This document shows positions 45,363 to 50,276 of a stretch of DNA of 50,276 nt, piece after piece. Location: contig JACPFP010000003.1 of the NCBI GenBank assembly GCA_016182915.1, positions 456,390-506,665 on the forward strand, written 5' to 3'. Both the position numbers and the translations under genes were made by a program. This DNA comes from Candidatus Dojkabacteria bacterium. GTDB taxonomy: Bacteria > Patescibacteriota > Dojkabacteria > SC72. Position 1 is the stretch's first letter; each line of letters opens with the position of its first letter. The notes under the pieces were generated by a model, which had not been told where the DNA came from, made no database searches, and saw nothing but the letters and a program-made list of their open reading frames with translations.

Positions 45363-45857
45363 TTATTCTAGGATTTCCGGATTCTCGAAACTGTAGTAGT
45401 CTACAATTACATTACCTTCTGCTTCTTTCACAGAGAGTTCGTAATATTTGCTCCCGACGATGACTCGGAGATCAAGCCCTCGAAGTCCGTCAACCGAAGG
45501 GGCAAAACCATGTACTATAGCGAATACCTTATATGTATCCTGACTATCAACTATTACCGGCTCTCTGTCTCTTGATTTATAGTTCTCTGTGGTTAATACT
45601 CCTCTAGAAATTCTTTCTTGAAGAATATATAAAACTGTATCAACAAGCTTTTCCGGGATATCGAAAGGGAAGTTCTCGTATTTATCTGAGTACTCACCAA
45701 TGTAATTATTAAGCGCAGTGACGGTATTTAAAACGAATTTCTCAGGAGGACCGTCAAAGCTATCACTAAAAGGGCCATCCTTCTCCTTGAACAACTCATT
45801 TAGAAATGACATCTTCTCTGGTGTCATAGTCTCGGCTAAAAATGTTTGGGTTGTCAT
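45363..45857 (-). CDS. Hypothetical protein
   Basis: 164 aa ORF with ATG filling the gap; AT-rich upstream region with TATAAT. Confidence 0.65.
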   Translation of the reverse strand: MTTQTFLAETMTPEKMSFLNELFKEKDGPFSDSFDGPPEKFVLNTVTALNNYIGEYSDKYENFPFDIPEKLVDTVLYILQERISRGVLTTENYKSRDREPVIVDSQDTYKVFAIVHGFAPSVDGLRGLDLRVIVGSKYYELSVKEAEGNVIVDYYSFENPEILE

Positions 45858-45979
45858 TGCTATTTTCTATACAAAATTATAATAAGTTCTTTGTTAATTA
45901 TACCCTATAGTACCTTATAGGTAAACATTAAACCCCCTTATGCAATATACCTATATCTATTTAATGCTATAATACCCCT

Positions 45980-47650
45980 ATGAATTATTTTAATAGAAGA
46001 AAAGAGGAAGACCTAATCCTCTGTACCCTCTCGGGAACAAACGAAACAGGTGGTAGGAATTCAAACTTTATTGAATACAAGGATAACATAATCATAATTG
46101 ATGCAGGATTCGCATTCCCAGATCAAGACATGTATGGTATCGATTATCTAATTCCTAACTTTTCATATTTAAAGAAGAAGAAGGATAAGATTAAGGCAAT
46201 ATTAATTACCCATGGACACCTGGATCATACAGGAGCCCTTCCATATGTTTTGGAAGAGTTAGGATTTCCACCTATATACGCAGGAGGATTTCCATTAGCA
46301 TGGATTAAAGAGAGGTTAACTGAATTCGGATTGGAGAAGAAGGTAAAGTTAATTGAGATAACTGAGAAATCTATCCTGAACTTCGGACAGATGAAGGTCT
46401 CATATCTGACAAACGCACATAGTATTCCAGACTCTTTCTCCATGTTTATAGAAACCCCTGAGGGAAATATATTCTTTTCCGGAGACTATAAAATTGAAAA
46501 CCCTAAGACTGATATGCAGGCATTGGAGAAGATTACGGGAAATGTTCATGTTGCTCTTGTAGATAGTACTAATGTATATAGACCTGGAAAGGCAAAACCG
46601 GAAACCCTCGCTCACGATACACTACTAAAAGTGATTTCTGCGCATCAAGGTAGAGTCATTGTTGGGGCATTTGCATCTTTGGTGGATAGACTCCTCACTC
46701 TTGTAGATATAGCTAAAAAGACGAACCGTAAAATTTACATTTCAGGAAGAAGTATGTTAATGATCCTCGAGATTGCGAAAGGAGAGGGTTTGATAACGGT
46801 TGGACCTGAGATGTTCATTAAAGAAAGGGACCTTAACAGTGTTGAAGACAACAAGATCATCATGTTAATAACCGGAAGCCAAGCAGAGCGATACGCCGCA
46901 ATGAACAGAATTGCCCTTGGCGAACATAAGTACATTAAAGCTAAACCAACAGATCTAGTTATTCTTTCTGCCTCAGAGGTTCCAGGTAATGAGTCCAAAA
47001 TTGGAAAAATGACAGACGACCTGATAAGGCAGGGAGTGGAGCTTGTAAAAGGTGCTGAAATTGATGTTCATTCCGGCGGACACGGACTACAAGACGATAT
47101 GAAAATAATGTATGAGGTATTAAGGCCTAAATACATTATTCCTATACATGGCTCCCTTACATATAGATACCATAGTAAGAAGTTACATACGAAGTGGGGA
47201 CATCCTAAAGAAAATGTTCTTTTAACCGAAGACGGCCAGACATGGAAACTCAGCAAAGGTATACTACGTAGGGGTATAAAAGTTGAGTCTAAGCCTATAC
47301 TAATCGATGGATTAGGAGTTGGAGATATTGGAGATATTGTTCTAAAAGATAGAGCACAGCTCTCCGAATTCGGAATGTTCATTGTAGTTCTTAATATCAA
47401 CTACAAGGACAAGAGGATAATGTCTAAACCAAGATTTGTTTCAAGAGGTTTCGTATATATGAAAACCTCACAGCAGCTTCTTAAAGAGATTGATACTATA
47501 TGTACTGACACCCATAGAGAATGGCTTGAGAAATGGAGATCTAAACAGGCTAAAGAGCAGGATCTTGTAGATGAACTTGAGAAGAGAATCAAGAAATATA
47601 TATATAAGAAGACTCAAAGAGAACCAATAATATTACCTGTATTAATATAG
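45980..47650 (+). CDS. rnj: Ribonuclease J
   Basis: IIIDAG..FP, THGHLDH, HSIPD, SGDYK, DSTN, TGSQAE, PIHG, DGLGVGD and REPIILP motifs. Confidence 0.96.
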   Translation: MNYFNRRKEEDLILCTLSGTNETGGRNSNFIEYKDNIIIIDAGFAFPDQDMYGIDYLIPNFSYLKKKKDKIKAILITHGHLDHTGALPYVLEELGFPPIYAGGFPLAWIKERLTEFGLEKKVKLIEITEKSILNFGQMKVSYLTNAHSIPDSFSMFIETPEGNIFFSGDYKIENPKTDMQALEKITGNVHVALVDSTNVYRPGKAKPETLAHDTLLKVISAHQGRVIVGAFASLVDRLLTLVDIAKKTNRKIYISGRSMLMILEIAKGEGLITVGPEMFIKERDLNSVEDNKIIMLITGSQAERYAAMNRIALGEHKYIKAKPTDLVILSASEVPGNESKIGKMTDDLIRQGVELVKGAEIDVHSGGHGLQDDMKIMYEVLRPKYIIPIHGSLTYRYHSKKLHTKWGHPKENVLLTEDGQTWKLSKGILRRGIKVESKPILIDGLGVGDIGDIVLKDRAQLSEFGMFIVVLNINYKDKRIMSKPRFVSRGFVYMKTSQQLLKEIDTICTDTHREWLEKWRSKQAKEQDLVDELEKRIKKYIYKKTQREPIILPVLI

Positions 47651-47653
47651 GAA

Positions 47654-49231
47654 ATGGATGTAGGAACTCCAGAAATAATTATATCTCCAAAGGAGTTAAG
47701 ACCCTCAGACAGAATGAACGGGTATCCTCTTGGAGTACCAAGATGGTACACAAAGATTTTTGAGGCTATACCAGGAATTATAACCTGGTTCTTCCTTCTC
47801 CTTCCCTTCGCTGTCGGACTAGCAGGATACCCAGAGATACTTGTCGGATATATTGCCTTCCTCACTGTATATTGGGCGCTTAAAGGTTTCAAATTTGTAA
47901 CAGCTCTCATCATTGGATATAGAAGACTACAACGAGATCTACAGATAGATTGGGTAGCTAAAATGAAAGATGAAAATCTTCCTATGGGCGATGTTAAGTA
48001 TGTGTTCCTTTTTCCTGTGACAGCAGAAGGTCTTGATGTACTCATCCCTTCATTGGATGCATGGGCAAAACAAGATATAGGGGCGGAGAAAATCTCCCTG
48101 GTTTTTTCATTAGAAGAGAGATTCAAAGAGGTCAGTACTGAAAATATACAAGTTCTAGAAGAGAGATATAAGGGAGTATTCAGAGAGATGATTAAATATG
48201 TACATCCGATTGATATTGAAGGGGAAGTGGTAGGGGTAAAGAATCCCAACATTAATTGGGCAGGTAGACACTTCAGCGAAAGGGTTAAACATAGAGGAGA
48301 GAAACTGGAGGAGTACCTTCTAATAACCTGCGACAGCGATCTGAGACCTCATTCGAAATATCTCTCCGCAATCACATATAAATTCCTAACTGATAGTAAT
48401 CCACTAAGAAAGTTCTATGCAACCGCAGTTCATAACTTCAATAATAATCTATATAAAGTCCCAACCCTCATACGAACGTTTTCCAGTTTTCTAACCCTTG
48501 CTGTAATGCAACAGTGGATATTCTCAAAAAAAATAAACGAGACATGGTCATCCTATGTTGTAAACCTAAAGACTGTAGATGACGTAGGGTACTGGGATCC
48601 ACAGATACCAAACGACGATACCGCCTTCTACTATAACGCCCTAATCCGTTTCGATGGAGATTTTGGAGGGGAAGAGGTGTACATTCCTACGTACAACGAT
48701 GCGGTTGAGAATGTTAGTTATGTTAAAACCCACCAGTCACTATATAAACAGCAGCTTAGATGGGGATGGGGAGGAATAGTATTTCCAATGACTTTTGCAG
48801 GTCTATATAAAAATAAGAGGATTCCTAAGTTAAGAAGGCTGAAGATTATTCTAACTATGTTCGATGACAGGATGATTCTGAAAACGGTTGTATACCTCCT
48901 CACCTTAGGAATTCCAATCCTGACTCTTGTAAGCCCTGAATTCCAATATAGTTCTGCTTCATACAACCTTCCAAGGATAATGAGTATAATCCTAACCTCA
49001 GTAATGTTCCTTAATATACCTATATACCTAATAAGGTTGAAACTTTCTCCAACACCTAGTGAATGGGGTATTTTTAGGAGACTCCTCGATATGTTAGAAA
49101 CCCTCGTCGTTACAGTAAATATGCTCACTTTTGCATTCCTCCCATATATCCAAGCACAAACGGAGATGATGGTGGGAAGGGGAGTGAAGAAGAACCACTA
49201 CGTAACAGAGAAAGTTTCAATAAAAAAATGA
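47654..49231 (+). CDS. Membrane GT2 with processive-synthase motifs
   Basis: N- and C-terminal TM helices; CDSD (DxD), NDD and QQLRW (QxxRW). Confidence 0.82.
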   Translation: MDVGTPEIIISPKELRPSDRMNGYPLGVPRWYTKIFEAIPGIITWFFLLLPFAVGLAGYPEILVGYIAFLTVYWALKGFKFVTALIIGYRRLQRDLQIDWVAKMKDENLPMGDVKYVFLFPVTAEGLDVLIPSLDAWAKQDIGAEKISLVFSLEERFKEVSTENIQVLEERYKGVFREMIKYVHPIDIEGEVVGVKNPNINWAGRHFSERVKHRGEKLEEYLLITCDSDLRPHSKYLSAITYKFLTDSNPLRKFYATAVHNFNNNLYKVPTLIRTFSSFLTLAVMQQWIFSKKINETWSSYVVNLKTVDDVGYWDPQIPNDDTAFYYNALIRFDGDFGGEEVYIPTYNDAVENVSYVKTHQSLYKQQLRWGWGGIVFPMTFAGLYKNKRIPKLRRLKIILTMFDDRMILKTVVYLLTLGIPILTLVSPEFQYSSASYNLPRIMSIILTSVMFLNIPIYLIRLKLSPTPSEWGIFRRLLDMLETLVVTVNMLTFAFLPYIQAQTEMMVGRGVKKNHYVTEKVSIKK

Positions 49232-49245
49232 TATACTGAAATATT

Positions 49246-50276
49246 ATGATAAAACTGCCAAACCTCATAAAAAAATCCATTCACAAGATTAATCCTCAAG
49301 AAAGGGTTGTTGCTCTTGATATTGGTACAGAGGTACTTAAAGCTGTTCTTTTCAATATTGAGGAAGGAAAGAATATCGTTGTTGAAAAGGTATCAAGAAT
49401 ACAGCAACAGCAAAACGCCATGGATAAAGGAGTAATAACAAACTTAAACACAGTTCTCGAAAACTGCAGGCTTGCAATGAGAGAGATTGTAAATGACCTC
49501 CCTTTGGAGAAAAATCCAAAACATATCGTAATGGGAATAGCAGGTGAATATATCCAGGGAGTTTCCATAATTGTAAACTACGAGAGAGAACAAAAATTTA
49601 ACGATGAGGTCACGCTAAAAGAACAGGCAGATATTATATCCAGAATTCACAGTAAAATACTTGCTTCTGGTAAAGAGGATCTTGCAAAGAGAACCGGCCT
49701 TGTTAATGAAGATATTGATATCCTCCATGTAACAATTACAGGAATGGAGATAGGCGGAATGAGTGTAGATTCCCTTGTCGGTTTTAGAGGTAGGGACGTA
49801 AAACTATACTTCTATGCGTCCTTCGCCCCAAAAACATATACCGCAGCTCTTCAAAATGTTTCTAAATCTCTCTCCCTAAATCTGCTTGGTGTTGTATCCC
49901 AACCTTTCGCTGTAGCAAGAGCTTTTAAGGGAGCAAAAAGTAAGGAGTTCTCTGGTATTTTTGTTGATATTGGAGGTGGAACAACTGATGTAGCAGTAGT
50001 GCAGAGGGGAAGCGTTGTCGATACACAAATGTTTGCATTTGGAGGTAGGGTGTTCACAAAACAGATTGCTAAATCACTGAACCTCGACCATAGACATGCC
50101 GAACTAAGAAAGATTAAATACTCAGAAGGGACGTTAGAAGCGAAATTGGAGAAACAGGTAAAGAAGATTACATACCCAACAACCCAGATATGGATGAAAG
50201 CCCTTAAATCATCTTTGGAAGTAGCAGACGAATTAGACTCTCTTCCAAGTAGAATATACATGTGTGGAGGTGGTGC
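49246..50276 (+). CDS. ftsA: FtsA-like actin-fold ATPase (3' end outside the window)
   Basis: Manual translation: MIKLPNL...VVALDIGTEVLKA, MGIAGE, FVDIGGGTTDVAV, FGGRVFT, AELRKI and IYMCGGG. Absent from the supplied ORF track because it has no stop in the window. Confidence 0.82.
   Translation, partial: MIKLPNLIKKSIHKINPQERVVALDIGTEVLKAVLFNIEEGKNIVVEKVSRIQQQQNAMDKGVITNLNTVLENCRLAMREIVNDLPLEKNPKHIVMGIAGEYIQGVSIIVNYEREQKFNDEVTLKEQADIISRIHSKILASGKEDLAKRTGLVNEDIDILHVTITGMEIGGMSVDSLVGFRGRDVKLYFYASFAPKTYTAALQNVSKSLSLNLLGVVSQPFAVARAFKGAKSKEFSGIFVDIGGGTTDVAVVQRGSVVDTQMFAFGGRVFTKQIAKSLNLDHRHAELRKIKYSEGTLEAKLEKQVKKITYPTTQIWMKALKSSLEVADELDSLPSRIYMCGGG

Noticed and set aside
47614-48252. 212 aa minus-strand ORF
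   Set aside because: Antisense shadow of the GT2 gene.
49296-50261. Two minus-strand ORFs in the supplied track
   Set aside because: The real gene is the + strand FtsA-like frame from 49246, which the track missed because it has no stop in the window.
1-50276. Alternative genetic code (UGA recoding as in Gracilibacteria or Absconditabacteria)
   Set aside because: Long core genes are intact under code 11, and TGA serves as a stop (for example at 30126 and 49231).

Overview
A gene-dense, AT-rich bacterial chromosomal segment made mostly of core genes. The shortened proteins, scarce Shine-Dalgarno sites, divergent RNA polymerase, and SDR-DUF4012, PEGA and PilN/O genes suggest a Patescibacteria (CPR) genome, possibly Dojkabacteria or WWE3-like; this taxonomy is inferred. 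Contents: groES-groEL (partial) and hrcA-grpE-dnaK, each with a sigma70 promoter and CIRCE operator; murJ, comF, dcd, rplY; rpoB-rpoC-rpsL-rpsG ending in a terminator with no fusA; ftsK-rodZ-dnaG-MTase-rsmA; an envelope cluster (WecA/MraY-like, PEGA, SDR-TM-DUF4012); rpoD, pilN/pilO-like, metG, valS, rnj, glycosyltransferases and a partial ftsA-like gene. No tRNA, rRNA, CRISPR array or mobile element was seen. The best finding is a complete T-box riboswitch upstream of valS with an ultrashort Stem I of the actinobacterial ileS type, but carrying a Val (GUC) specifier and coupled to an intrinsic transcription terminator. Other notable signals: several envelope proteins whose catalytic motifs look eroded, a heavily substituted rifampicin pocket in RpoB, a K88R-type S12, and repeated TATAAT-(5-8 nt)-start leaderless architecture.
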